Shown piece after piece: positions 51,194 through 64,000 of a stretch of 64,000 nt of DNA. This DNA comes from Chiloscyllium plagiosum (taxonomy: Eukaryota): the NCBI RefSeq assembly GCF_004010195.1, contig NC_057711.1:79888361-79952360 (forward strand), read 5' to 3'. Both the position numbers and the translations under genes were made by a program. The notes beneath the pieces are model-generated. The model did not search any database. It worked only from the letters and a program-made list of their open reading frames with translations, and was not told the DNA's origin. The first letter of the stretch is position 1. Each line of letters opens with the position of its first letter.

Positions 51194-51377
51194 GGGGTAA
51201 AAACAATGACTGCAGATGCTGGAAACCAGATTCTGGATTAGTGATGCTGGAAGAGCACAGCAATTCAGGCAGCATCTGAGGACAGGCAAAATCGACGTTT
51301 GGGGCAAAAGCCCTTCATCAGGAATAAAATCGGATGCTGCCTGAATTGCTGTGCTCTTCCAGCACCACTGATCCAGA
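51194..51377. mobile_element. 184-bp fold-back PLE derivative (ACGU family) with 15-bp TSD
   Basis: TSD tcctcaatttctcag at 51179-51193 and 51378-51392; 48-bp arms 51232-51279 / 51330-51377; minus-strand CTGATGAagggcttttgcccCAAAcgTC in the loop. Confidence 0.88.
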
Positions 51378-51464
51378 TCCTCAATTTCTCAGTTAGATTA
51401 CATGATGGTAGTTATCCTGTGTGGCAATGTCCTAAATTCCAGTCTTTTTCTCCAGTTCTCCAGC

Positions 51465-51750
51465 ATGATTGTTCAGTGGTTAGCACTGCTGTCTCACAGG
51501 AACTCTGGTTCGATTCCAGCACTCGGCTGACTGTCTGTGTGGACTTTACACATTTTCCCCTGTTTGCTGGGTGCTTTGGTTTCCTCCCACAGTCCAAACA
51601 CATGCAGGTCAGAGGAATCAGCCACGTGAAATGCAGAGTTACGGGAATAGGATAGGAATCTGGGTTTAGGTGGGAGGCTCTTCAGATGGTTGGTGCAGAC
51701 ACAATGGACTGAATGGCCTCTTTCTGCACTGCAGAGATTCTATGATTCTT
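51465..51750 (+). mobile_element. HE1-type V-SINE
   Basis: ttcagtggttagcactgctg, ggttcgattcc, V domain, gattctatgattct tail. Confidence 0.85.
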
Positions 51751-52533
51751 AGAAGTATTAGTCCTGTTGCAGGGAGAACAACGATTATAACACAATTAGT
51801 ATAGAAACTGCTTGAAATTCTGAATTGGTGGAGAAGTTTCCTGGTTTACCGATAGAGATTATCTTCCTACCGATGTAAATAAAAGCTGCATGTGAACAAA
51901 TATCCCTATTTTATGTGTTGGTTTAAATATTCCACAACTGGACTTGAGCTAATGTAACTGAAAATATTTTGGTTTGGCAAATATTTCAGCATTGCCTTAG
52001 TGTTTAAAAAAAAGTTAGCGGAGTTGATTTTGCCAAATCAGTCAAACCAAGAAAGCACAGGGACACAGATATAAACCACAAATATGAAGGAGGCAGAAGT
52101 CTGAAGAAAAGTCGTAACAGATTCAAAATGTTAGCTCAGTTTCTATCTCCACAGGCAGTCAGAATTGCTGAGTATTTTTTTTTTATTTTAGAGTTCCAGC
52201 ATCCTCAGATTCATATGAAGGAGGAAGATGGAATGGTTGACAATGATGAAAGTTGCAGAGAATTTAAACAGAAAGAGGTATGACATACCATGGTAATAGC
52301 AGGTGACTTTGGCCATGTCACACTTAGAGCTGAGAGAAGGGATTTGAAGTGATTAAACAGAGAGTACTAAGTTGATTAATATTGATTCATAGAGTGCCTT
52401 GGAGAGAATAAATGGAAATTGTACAAGACAAGCAGAGGGTCAAGGATATGCTTTGTGAGAGAGGTGTTAATGATAGCAATATTAAAGGCTAGAATAATGA
52501 AGTTTGAAAAATAAAAGCCATGCAGAGTACTGG

Positions 52534-52724
52534 GTTGAGAGTGTGTTGCTGGAAAAGCACAGCAGGTCAGGCAGCATCCAAGGAGCAGGAAAATCGATGA
52601 TGAGGGCTCCGCCCCAAAATGTCGATTTTCCTGCTTCTCGGATGCTGCCTGACCTGCTGTGCTTTTCCAGCAACACACTCTCAACTCTGATCTCCAGCAA
52701 GTGCAGACTTCACTGTCTCCCATT
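52534..52724. mobile_element. 191-bp fold-back PLE derivative with 11-bp TSD
   Basis: TSD cagagtactgg at 52523-52533 and 52725-52735; 64-bp arms 52534-52597 / 52622-52685; broken hammerhead remnant in the loop. Confidence 0.88.
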
Positions 52725-53139
52725 CAGAGTACTGGACCAAGTAAAGGTTTTCTTGAGATGGGATAGAATTTGTATTATACGGCCAGTAAATTGACCACAA
52801 AGTGAAATCTTTTTGCTTAAGCTAGGTGGTGCGGTGTTCACTGTGGCCCTTGGAGGTTGAATTTAGATATATCAGATGAAATTTCATCTTCAATTGATGA
52901 TAAAAGTTATTATTTATTTGACTGTGGCAATAGAAAAAGACAAAGCCTCCATGTCATCATCAATAATCAAGGGTCTGCTAATACCAAGGAATTATATTGT
53001 AGTCACTTCAAGTTACCAGGTTCTTTGAATTGATTACATCCATATCTGCACTGAAGGACTCAAAGGAATTATTTTTCCTTTAGTAATAATTTGTGGTGTT
53101 CTTGCAGCAGTTTTCATCATGAAGTGATAGGAAATCCTT

Positions 53140-53730
53140 AGTATTTATTGCTGGAGGAATAGAGTATTAAAAAGTAGGAAAGCGTTGTTGCAACTATACA
53201 AGGTACTAATAAGACCACACCTGAAGTATTACTAAGTTGATCCCCTTACATGGGAGCAGTTCAGAGGATGTTGACTAATTGATTCCACAGAAGAGAGGTT
53301 TTATTATAAGGAGAGATTTAGCAGTTTAGGCCTATCCTGTCTGAAGCTTTGAAGAATGAGAGAAGATCAAATTGAGGTACACATAATAGTAAAGGGGAGT
53401 GACAAAGCAGATGTAGAAAGGCTATCCAGATGAGAGGTAATAGTTTTAGGATAAGAGGTAGCAGATTTAAAATTGGAGATGAGAAAAAATGCTTCTCTCA
53501 AAAGGTTGTGAATCTGTGGAACTCATTGCCCCAAAGTGCGGTGGATGGAGGGACATTAAGTAAATTTAAGAAGGTGATAAACAGATTTTTAATTAGTAAT
53601 GGGTTGAAGGGTTATGGAGAGTGGGCAGGAAAGTGGAGATGAGCCGAGATGAGATCACCCATCATATCAAATGGTGGAGCAGGCTTTAGGGGCTGAATTG
53701 CCTTCCCCTGCTCCTAATTGTTACGTCCTT
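53140..53730 (+). mobile_element. Old CR1 3' fragment
   Basis: RGNSFRIRGSRFK..FSQKVVNLWNSLPQ..FKK. Confidence 0.82.
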
Positions 53731-54149
53731 ATTACTATCAGATTTCCAGTTATTCTTCTGAACTATTGAGCACCGGTAATTGGAATATAAAGCTTGCAAA
53801 AGTGATATTCATAGTGATTCACTCGAATATGAATGGTGACCAGAAGACAACCAGAATCTGCACAGGCAATTCTTCATCCTACAGTCTATTCTACACAAAT
53901 ACTGCCAAGTATGCTTGCCTTGACAGAAGGATTAACTGTTAGTATACATAAAATTACTAAATAATTATCAGCTAAAACTGATAAAAAATGGAGGAAACTG
54001 GTCAGATAAAAAAAAGGAAGAATGTTTCAAAGAAATGTGAAATTGCCTCCAGTCAGAATCTTTAGTTTGATTCTGAGAAAATTAATACAAGAGTAATCTT
54101 GTTATCAATTTAGGATAAATTCAAACTCTCACAATTACTGGAGCTGTTA

Positions 54150-55785
54150 AAGGAGCAAAGAACAGGATTGGGGAGATGCTAAACAAATACTTTGCATCAG
54201 TGTTTACTGTGGAGTAGGACATAGAAGATATAGAATGTGGGGAAAAAGATGGTGACATCTTGAAAAATGTCCATATTACAGAGGAGGAAGTGTTGGTTGT
54301 CTTAAAACACATAAATGATAAATCCCAGAAAATGATCAGGTGTACTCTGGGGGAGGGGAGGAAGGGGGGCGTTGGCTAATGTGGTGCCACTATTTAAGAA
54401 GGGTGGCAAGGAAAAGCTGGGGAACTATAGACGGTGAGCCTGACATCGGTGGTGGGCAGGTTGTTGGAGGGAATCCTGAGGGACAGGATGTACATGTATT
54501 TGGAAAGGCAAGGACTGATTAGGGATAGTTAACATGGCTTTGTGCAGAGGAAATCATGTCTCATGAACTTGATAAAGTTTTTTGAAGAAGTAATGAACAG
54601 GATTGATGAAGGCAGAGTGGTAGACATAATCTACATGAACTTCAGTAAGGCATTCGACAAGGTTCCTCATAGTAGGCTGGTTAACAAGGGTAGATCACAT
54701 GGAATACAGGGAGAACTAGCCATTTAGATATAGAACTTGCTCAAAGGTAGAAGACGGAGGGTGGTGGTGGAGGGTTGCTTTTCACACTGGAGGCCTGTGA
54801 CCAGTGATGTGCCATAAGGATTGATGCTGAGTCCACTGCTTTTCATTTATATGAATGATTTGGATGTGAACATAGGAGATACAGACAGTAAGTTTGCAGA
54901 TTGCACCAAAATTAGAGGAATAGTGGTCAGCAAAGAAGGTTACCTCAGCGTACAACGGGATCTTGATCAGAAGGACCGATCGGCCAAGGGGTGGTAGATA
55001 GAGTTTAATTTAAATAAATGTGATATGTTGCATTTTGGAAAAAAATCAGAGTAGGACTTATACACTTAATGTGTTGCTGAGCAAAGAGACCTTGGCGTGC
55101 AGGGTCATAGTCCCTTGAAAGTGAAGTTGCAGGGTAGATAGGATAGTGAAGAAGGTGTTTGGTATGCTTTCCTTTATTGTCAGAGCATTGAGTATGGGAG
55201 TTAGACGGTCATGTTGCAGCTGTACAGGACATTGGTTAGGCCACTTTTGGAATATTGTGTGCAATTCTGGTCTCCCTCCTATTGGAAGGATGTTGTGAAA
55301 CTTGAAAGGGTTCAGAAATGATTTACAAGGATGTTGCCAGGGTTGGAGGATTTGAGCTATTGGGAAAGGCTGAATAGGCTGGGGCTGTTTTCCCTGGAGC
55401 GTCAGAGGCTGAGGGGTGACCTTATAGAGGTTTATAAAATCATGCGGGCATGGATAGGATAAATAAATGAGGCCTTTTCCCTGGGGTGGGGGAGTCCAAA
55501 ACTAGAGGGTGTAGGTTTAAGTTGAGAGGGGAAAGATAAAAAAGAGTACTAAGGGCAACTTTTTCCATGCAGAGGGCGGTGCATGTATGGAATGAGCTGC
55601 CAGAGGAAGTGGTGGAGGCTGGTACAAATACAACATTTAACAGGCATCTGGATGGTTATATGAATAGGAAGGGTTGAGAGGGATATGGGCCAAATAATGG
55701 TAAATGGGACTAGATTAATTTTTTTACATCTGGCTGATGGGACTGAAGGGTTATTTCTGTGCTGCAACATCTCTAACTCTATAAC
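54150..55785 (+). mobile_element. Longest CR1 ORF2 remnant with 3' end
   Basis: [47 protein letters not shown]; frameshifted. Confidence 0.93.
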
Positions 55786-56219
55786 AGCAAGCATGAATGA
55801 ATGAAGCCCATTTTAAGGCACAAAGATTGCCATTTGCCCTAGCCCATTGAGTCAGGGCAGAAAACACATTAACTTTGTGCTGCCTTCTTATCTAAATGAT
55901 TTCAGGGTACAAGCCTGCGTAATCGAAAATTGAATTGGTCACTCACCAGGCTTTTCAATGGATCACCTCAGGATATGGCAATGTCTTGCCTTGCTTGAGG
56001 CTACCAGCCAGTCAGAAGTCAGTAGCCTCAATGCACAGCCATTGCTGTTTCAAAGGCCAAGACTGCTGACTGCTCAGTGGCACTGAAGACCCTTGGAAAA
56101 GTCAGTAATTCCTTTCAGGACACTGCTGGGTTGGAGGTCACAGGAAGACAAGGTTATTGGAGGCAAGGGCAGGGATGTGGCATTCTTTGTCTAACTTTGC
56201 AAACTCTCTCCACTTAAGG

Positions 56220-56640
56220 AATATACAGATTTTCTGGTTTTCCTGCCAAAATAGACAAGTTCATTTTTTTATATAAGCCTCCATCAGCCAAACATTCACC
56301 CAATTAATTAACAGGTCATTTTTTTTTGTACATTCTCTGCCTCTTCTTACTTTCCTGCCTATCCTGATGTCACTGGCAAATTTAGCTACCAAGAATTTGG
56401 TCCCTTCCTATTGATGGTACATAATCATGGAGTCAGCACCTGATTCCTAAGCACTCCACTTGTGACAATTTGCTTTCCGTTTTCTGTTAACTAAACAATT
56501 CTTTATCTGTGAGAATATGTTAACCCTCTCCCAGTGTGTTCTTATCGGATGTAGTAACCTTTGATGTGGTACCTTTTTTAAACATGTTTTGGAATCTAAG
56601 AACACCACATTTAAAGGATCCACTTTTCTTGTGACAGAGG
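56220..56640 (-). mobile_element. Ancient CR1 RT remnant
   Basis: LNVVFLDSKTCLKKVPHQRLLHPIR. Confidence 0.6.
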
Positions 56641-58631
56641 CATAACGTAAAAATGTTGACAAAACTGCACAAACTACTAATAGAAGGGGTGACAAAAGCA
56701 TCTGAAGGAAATTTTCTAAGCAGGATAGAAATCTGCAGAATTGAAGGCAGTTCTAAAGTTGGGTTACAGGTATCTGAAGGAATAGGCACGAACGGTGATG
56801 AAAGGGGCAAGAGAGATTCACTCACTCTCCTGATTCTGTGCTTTGTGTATGTCAGTGGAAAAAATATTGAGTGTGATGTGGAATTGGCTACAGAATTGCT
56901 ACCATCTAAGTTATAATCAATCTTCATTATTATCATAAGGACAAGTTTTCTCAAAATGTACACAAAAGATAAAAAGGTAGCACAAGAATTGTGGTTATTC
57001 AATTAAACTTGTTAAATAATTTACAAGTTATGTCAAAATTGGTCTTTCTTGAACTGTTAACCAAACTGGGTGGCTTGGGTGATGGAGGAGAGGCAGGTCT
57101 CTCCAACATTTTATAATCTTAATAGCCTTTTTCCACTGTCCTAACTTAACTCAGCATTTTAAGATTATTTCCAATCATTTCTTGATATAAAGGCTATTTT
57201 GCCTACTTCACACTCACACTATGTTTCCAAACACCTACATGTTTTAAAAAAATAAATGTGAACTAAACATTTTTTAAAAAAAAGTGTTTTTCTTTGCTGT
57301 AGTGGATGTTCTAAAATGATTAATTTGATATATCATATATCCCTGGCAGACTGTGATAATTGAAATCATCCATATTCATTGCATATTCAAAGGGATCCTG
57401 TGACTTTGTAATGTAAAATTTTCATTTTTAACCTGTGCAGGAGCCTGCAGCTGGTGTTGTTTAATCCTATTAGTCACCCAGTTCCAAAGATTTAGTGTAT
57501 AATTTTTATCTAGTGTTAATCCGCAGACAAGCCTCTGGCTAAAGCCTGTCAAAAGGATTCCCTGCAGGGAAAATGTGGAGCTGATGATAGTGGAACACCA
57601 ACTAATCTTATCTTAAATGCTAGCAGCAACCTTGCAGCCTGATATTCAGAGAATTATAAAAACAAAATTTTTATGGTTATTAGTAAGTTCCTTTTATATA
57701 TATAGACCTCACCTTTCTTTGCATATCTAAATTTTTGCACTTTGTTTTGTGTATCCATACAAAATATTGTCTATGATTTCAGACATATGCCACAATGACA
57801 TCATTGCTGGAAAATGATATTGGTCCTGCTGTTGATGGGGTGTTATCATTTGACACCTTCTTACATTAAATCTATTATTTGGTACTATAAAGTGGACCAA
57901 CTATATAGCAAAATAATAAAGTTTCCATATTCTGAAGCTTTTGAGAGGTTCTAAATTGCTTGGTATGAAAATTCAATTGTAGGCTATAGGATCAGAGAAA
58001 CATCAGTCTTAAATCATTTTGTGAATGATTTTATACAAAAATTCAATTTGAAGCTCAAATGCATAATTTGTGATGATGTTTCCACTTTGAAAAATTTAAA
58101 TTGTACCTGGTATGCTTAAATATACTATAGTTAACTGGGCTGTTAATACTATGGAAATATTGGGTGCAAGTTTACGATTAGCAATAGGTAGCTTGCAAAC
58201 TCATTTAAACAAACGAGAGTGGAAATTTAGTGATTGTTTTGTGGTCAGCCCCTCAATGAAATTTAAGCTTATATCATAGTTCCTCCTTTTGTAAATAAAT
58301 GCAATGGGAGGAGTCTTTTCAGGCTCTGAACAATGTAGATTATGGCAAAGATCTGGGAAAATCATGTGAGATGGCGAGCAAGGCCTTACTCAATGTCAAG
58401 AGTAAGACAAATCCTTTTCCTCAACCATGTCCCTGATGCTCAGATGAGATACTTGCCAGTGAGCAGAGACAAGTCAATTCAACAGGGTTATTGTTCATTA
58501 TTGCCCACCTTACTGCCTGGTTCTGTCTCAGTAAGATGCAAACTCCCATTCTCTCACCTGCTCAAAAGAAACTAGACACCTAGATTTCCTGACTTGAAAG
58601 TCAGAACGGATGTGTAGCAACTCCAGCTCAA

Positions 58632-58735
58632 CATAGAGTCACAGAGATGTAAAGCAGAGAAACAGACCCTTCAGTCCAACTCATCCATGCTGACCAGGTA
58701 TCCCAACCCAAACGAGTCCCACCTGCCAGCACCAC
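58632..58735 (-). mobile_element. CR1/HER1 3' UTR fragment
   Basis: catagagtcacagagatgtaaagcagagaaacagacccttc. Confidence 0.8.
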
Positions 58736-60375
58736 TTGCTCCTCTGGGCCTCCTTCTTGGATACCGGATGCCAACATCCCAGGGCACATGCCATGGATAA
58801 TAACTGCCTGTGTCCCATGCCCATGGATGTTGGAACCTGATTTGTATCAGTCTCACTGCATCATCATGGCTCATCACAAGGCCACTTAAAAGAATTCTTC
58901 TGCAGTTTAATGATGCAGTTTGGAGTCCATCGGTACCTCTCAATGCAATGATGTTGCCAGGACACTTAGCACAGAGGGGCAGGCACCCAACTGATAGATT
59001 GGCTATGACTCCATCTCAAGGCTGTGTATTCATTCTGTTGGTGCACATTCACTTTGCACTTCCCTGGGTGTTCTCAGTATCCCTACCTTTCCTTGCCTTT
59101 TTGTCTTTGACCCTTTTGTCAGACCTTTAAAGACTCACAGTACTTCTATCTTCGCTTGTCTTTTAGCAGAGAAGTAGAGTAAGGAAGCTTGTCATGATTC
59201 TCAGAGTTTATCAGTCAGTGGGGTTGAACATGTTGTTGTATGATAACTGTAAGTCAATGTCACACCAAAGCATGTTCTAGCCACCCATGCAACAAACACC
59301 CTGTGTGTGTATCTACCAACTGTCCATGTCTTAAAGTTGAAGGGGAGTAATCGAGACAAGGAGGCCTGCTGTGTATCAGAAGGTGCCAGAACAGCCAGTC
59401 AAGGCCAGTGTTCGCCAACAGACCAAAGGCCTGGGCACAGTCAGTCATCTACTCAGGCAGTAAGGGCAAGAGCTCTATTTCACTACCGTCAGGGAATGGA
59501 CCACAGTCAGTCCAGCATGTCCAGTGAAAGCAGTCAGAGGATTCACAGATCCTCAGTGTTGGGGTCTGGATAGGTAACATCCACATCTGTCAGGGGATTG
59601 GGCCATGGTCAGTTTTCAGTGTCCGTTCAATGAGCGTCAAGGGAGGTGTCAATATTAGGAACAGGGAAAGTGCCATCAATGGTGCTGATTGGACATTACA
59701 TCCTGGGATGCCAAGAGAACAAGAATGGTGAAGGAGGGTGGGGGGTGGAGGAGGGACTTAACATCTAAAAGGGGGGAGCCAGTAGTGCCTTCGGGGAAAA
59801 TGGGATGCTGTGGAAAAGGTATTACGATACTCATTACTAAATTAACCTCAATGAGGGAGGATGCATCACCATGGTAGGCAGAGCTAATCTGTCGAGATAG
59901 AGTTCGGGGGTAAAGATGAGAGTTGCAGTTGGAACTCTAAGTGGTATGTGGGATCATTAAATGGGCCTTCCAGGGAGTCCTAAGTAGATATGGGATGTGA
60001 GATTTTGGAGAGGACAAGTTGCTGATGGCCGGGCTGAATGTGGGACTCACGTGTCAACTGCTACCTACATTGCCTTCCATGATCTCTTGATTTCTAAATG
60101 ATCCCTATAAAAGGAAAATGGCAGTGAACACAGCCAGAGTGGTCTTATTTCTCTGGGCCACAATGTGAGCTCCACATTTGGATGATGGGTGGCCCTTCAT
60201 CATAATGCACTTCCAGAGTGCGAGTTAAAATGTTTTGCAACCATACCTCTGCACCTGTGGAATACACACAGTGTTCAGCTGTGTAATATAAATACTGGTT
60301 ACAGCAATTTTGACCATATCCTTGATCCTTGCAGATTAAAGATATACGTCTTTGTGCAGCAAGAGTAATCCCAGG

Positions 60376-60995
60376 TGTTATGAACTAGGCCCGAGCACTC
60401 CAAACATTCTTGAGCAGGCAACCCAGACCATAACTTTGCAAATTGTTTCAGTAAGTGTACAATGACAATTTGCCTGGAGTAAGTTAGCTAGGTTGACTAC
60501 TAGTTTTTAAAACAGACAGAAATTTATTCACAAAATTATGCAATGAAACACAAAGAACAGAATAAAGAACCCCAACAGAACTCCAAATTATTTTATCCAA
60601 ACTAGACTTAAAGTCCCCAATAAACAAACCCTCTTAAAAAAAGTATAAATGCAATACTTGCTTAGGGTTGAAGTTAGAAGGGTAAAAGAGAGAGAGAGAG
60701 AGAGCCTGTTTCCACACAGCTGGACTTCTAACTAGTTCTATACTGAACTGTTCAGCTAGAGAGCTGATTACTCCCCTTTCATTATACAGGTCACTTCTAA
60801 AACATGACCACTTTGGCCTGAAGTCTCAAATGTCTACATATAAACAAAAAGGCCTCTCAGTACCCTTTAATCTCTGTACCAAATCAGTCTAATTGGAACT
60901 TGGAGAGTTTTATGACCCCTCTGAAAAAAAAGAAGGAAACAGTAGCCTTGGGAAAAGGAACAGCTTTTAGGAAAAAAGAGACCAGCTTTGTGACA
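60376..60995 (-). mobile_element. Solo LTR, 620 bp, Gypsy-like
   Basis: TGTTA...TGACA termini; 4-bp TSD cagg at 60372-60375 and 60996-60999; tttatt (minus-strand AATAAA) near 60522; internal (ag)n. Confidence 0.7.
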
Positions 60996-61689
60996 CAGGT
61001 GACCTTAAAAAATGGCATTTGCAGGTCAAACAGCTAATGAAGAGGCTGGATAGAAAAGGGGTGAAGTTGCAGTTCAGCACAAAACACTTGTAAAGGCCTA
61101 CTGTCTCTTTGTGACATGAGTGGTGGTGTTTTCATTGGAATAAGGTCCAATGTCAAAGTTTTGTGTGAAGTAATTTTAAGACCATCCTGGTCAGAGTGCT
61201 CCATGTCCCACTGTATGGATATTTATGGCAATCCATATCATTCTGGAGTGATGTGAATGCTGACTGCTCATATTACTAGGGGAGCTGTTCTGTTTCTTAT
61301 ATTCCTCACACAGATTCATTGCAGACATGATAAATGGATCCAGCCACAGCAGGGATTATTATCATGGTTACTGTGCAGAGAAATGGAAGAGGAAAGGATG
61401 TGACAGCAATCCCAAGACCAACAGAAAACTGTTGCGGATGCCAAACAGCTTGCACATGAAGCTGCCTTAGCTTGAGGTTCCCTCAGGGTGCATATGAGGG
61501 CGAGAGACAATCATCCACAATGACATTTCCCCCCAGATGAGCAAGGCATATTGTCAGCACAGACTGAGGATGTAACCCTGGGTTACATTTCCTCTCATTT
61601 TTCCTGCCACAGTGCATACCTCTGAGATCTATACTCAGCAGTGGGCTCTGAAACTAAAAGTCAATGCATCTGCACTTCAATTGGTGTGT

Positions 61690-61890
61690 ACCGACCCTTC
61701 AAGTGACCATACTGCTTCACAGATTAGAGAGAACTATGCCACCCATTCTTTCACAAGGGTCATGGTGAAGCAGTCAATAAGATTAGAATTCCACTATCTG
61801 GGTCAGTCCAGGGGTGGGGCTGCTTACACTACTCACTAGACAGGAGGTGCCATATAATTGTAACATGTGATCTGCACAATTGGAGCAGGT
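61690..61890 (+). pseudogene. PIF/Harbinger transposase C-terminal remnant
   Basis: ENYATHSFTRVMVKQSIRL..FHYLGQSRG then LHYSLDRRCHIIVTCDLHN resemble YN.AH..TR.VVEQTIG.LK.RFRCLD.SGG.LQY.P..V..II.AC..LHN. Confidence 0.55.
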
Positions 61891-62042
61891 AAGAGGGGGG
61901 TGGTGGAGTTGGGCAAGCAGGAGGAAAGAGGTGAAGAGGAAACTGAGCAGGAGAAATATTATCTTCTGCATTGTAAAGTGCAGCTTCATCGGGTGCTGCA
62001 TGTCAGACAGGATTTAATGGACACCCAGCTCCAGTAGATGTG

Positions 62043-62362
62043 AATCATGGAATCCCTACAGTGTGGAAACAGGCCCTTCGGCCCAACAAAGTCCACACCG
62101 ACCCTCCAAAGAGTAACCCATCCTATATTTACCCTTGACTAATGCACCTAACCTACACATCCCTGAACACAATGGGCAATTTAGCACAGCCAGTTCACCT
62201 AACCAGCACATCTTTGGACTGTGGGAGGAAACCAGAGCACTTTGAGGAAACCCATGCAGACACAGGCAGAATGTGCAAACTCCACACAGTGAATCGCCTG
62301 AGGCTGGAACCGAACCTGGAGCTGTGAGGCAGCAGTGCTAACCACTGAACTACTGTGCTGCC
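62043..62362 (-). mobile_element. HE1-type V-SINE
   Basis: Homologous to 14350-14661. Confidence 0.88.
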
Positions 62363-62544
62363 CCAAAATGTGACCTTGGCTCATTGATCATTCATTGCTT
62401 GCTTTTGGTGCTTGCTTTTGGTGTTATTGATAAAAGGTGAATGTTTTGAACTCTTTCAAGTCTCCCTACTTCTAATGGTACTATATTGAATAATGACAAG
62501 ATACTAGACTACAGTAGACATTGGGGGAAAAAGTAGTAGTGATT

Positions 62545-63020
62545 TGGAAAAGGTTTACAAGGACGTTGCCAGGGCTGGAGGGTTTGAGCTATAGGGAAAG
62601 GCTGAATAGGCTGGAGCTGTTTTCCCTGGAGCATTGGAGGCTGAGGGGTGACCTTTTTGAGGCCTATAAAGTCATGTGAGGCATAGGTAGGGTGAATAGC
62701 CAAGGTTTTTTTTCCCAGGGTGGGGGAGTCCAAAACTGGACAACAAAGGTTTAAAATGAGAGGGGAAAGATTTGAAAGGGACCTAAGGGGCAATACCTTT
62801 ACGAAGAACGTGGTATGTGTATGGAATGAGCTGCCAGAGGATATAGTGGAGGCTGGTACAATTACAACACTTAAAAGTTATTTGAATGGGTACATGAATA
62901 GGAGGGGTTTAGAAAAATATGGGCCAAATGCTAGCAAATGGGATGAAACAAATTTAGGATATCTGGTTGGCATGGACGAATTGGACCGAAGTGTCTATTT
63001 CCTGTCAAACTCTATGATGC
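62545..63020 (+). mobile_element. CR1 3' fragment
   Basis: GESKTGQQRFKMRGERFERDLRGN..WNELPEDIVEAG. Confidence 0.9.
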
Positions 63021-63933
63021 CAAGATTATAAAGAGGGATTATGGCTAAGGACAGCTAAAGCTATGTTGCCTGGTGCTTAGGAAGTGTCAGCTGTGCCACA
63101 TACATTGGTTTGTGTACTACTATGAAGATGGTGAAAGGAAAATCTGGACTGCCACTAATTAACTGGGTGCATGTTTGGTGGGGATGAAAGATGGTACTGA
63201 TACCAGGGATCTTGGGACCATGCAGCAATAGTTGGAATACTTCCAGCTATGGTGAGCAGGAGAATCAGTGAAGCATTGGTCATGAGGGGTGCTCTGGGAG
63301 CTGCACAGGTCAAGAATGAGGCACATTTAGGATGATCGCATGAGAAAACACGTTTAGACCAATGAAGACAAACCCTCTGTGAAACCTGATGAAATATAAC
63401 AGCTTAAGTATGGGAAGATTGAACTCAGCTTTTCCAAAAATCTTGTCAATTAAGTCAGAATTGCAGTTCATTTAAGAAAATTGTATTACTAAGAAGATTA
63501 ACTTAATAGGTAACTTATTAGACCTAGATGCAGCTCATCCCAATATTCCAGTCTAAGATCATCTGAATTTGCAGAGTGGAGTCTGGAATTGCATTTTATG
63601 AGGCAGTTCTGATTTGTCAAATTCATTGGGTTGGCTCATTTAAACATTCACCAACAATCATGCAGACCAAATCCCTTAGTGGATCAGAACATTGTGCTGG
63701 AATGCTTGGAAATTAAAGCTCTGCATTTAAAGAGACAAGTTTAGTAATTATGACAGTTGGAGTGAACTTGTCTGAGGCTGACATTTCCCAATACACCAGA
63801 CCTCCAGCCTTCCCCCTCAGCATGTCACCACTGTCATACAGAAAGTAATATTTAATTGTTTTACCACAAGTTGCAAAGATTTAGCAAATTATAGCTGCCT
63901 CCATGAGGCATTTGTACCACATTATTGAGATAC

Positions 63934-64000
63934 TTCAAAGTTTGTGCGAAGATTTGTAGCTCGGGTGCTCGTTGCTGTGGTTCTGTTCGCCGAGCTGGAA
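63934..64000 (-). mobile_element. Penelope terminus running off the window
   Basis: ttcaaagtttgtgcgaagatttgtagctcgggtgctcgttg matches 41353-41417. Confidence 0.88.

Noticed and set aside
1..64000. CRISPR arrays, operons or prokaryotic defence systems
   Set aside because: The sequence is vertebrate repeat-rich DNA with no repeat-spacer array or gene-dense region.

Overview
Repeat-dense (~40% GC) eukaryotic non-coding DNA, most likely intronic or intergenic. The repeat content (HE1/V-SINEs, HER1/CR1 LINE 3' ends, Deu-domain SINEs, Penelope-like elements) points to a cartilaginous fish, probably a shark. No complete host gene can be supported. Nearly all ORFs in the track are decayed CR1, L2, RTE or Penelope fragments or antisense shadows. 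Only a few weak + strand exon candidates remain (best: 1895-1943). The most striking structure is a set of Penelope-like element (PLE) derivatives from at least three sequence families. They range from ~90-200 bp fold-back elements to a ~795 bp palindrome, are bounded by 10-15 bp target-site duplications, and carry minimal hammerhead-ribozyme motifs (CUGANGA-stem II-GAAA, palindromic ACGU/AGCU, UH). Several cores are intact, and stem I covaries between copies. Also present: a 620 bp solo LTR, a 72 bp inverted duplication at a LINE breakpoint, a Harbinger transposase remnant, an RFX X-box, and an inverted CTCF-like pair beside GC boxes. Repeat family names come from recall and boundaries were read by eye; no database search was run.
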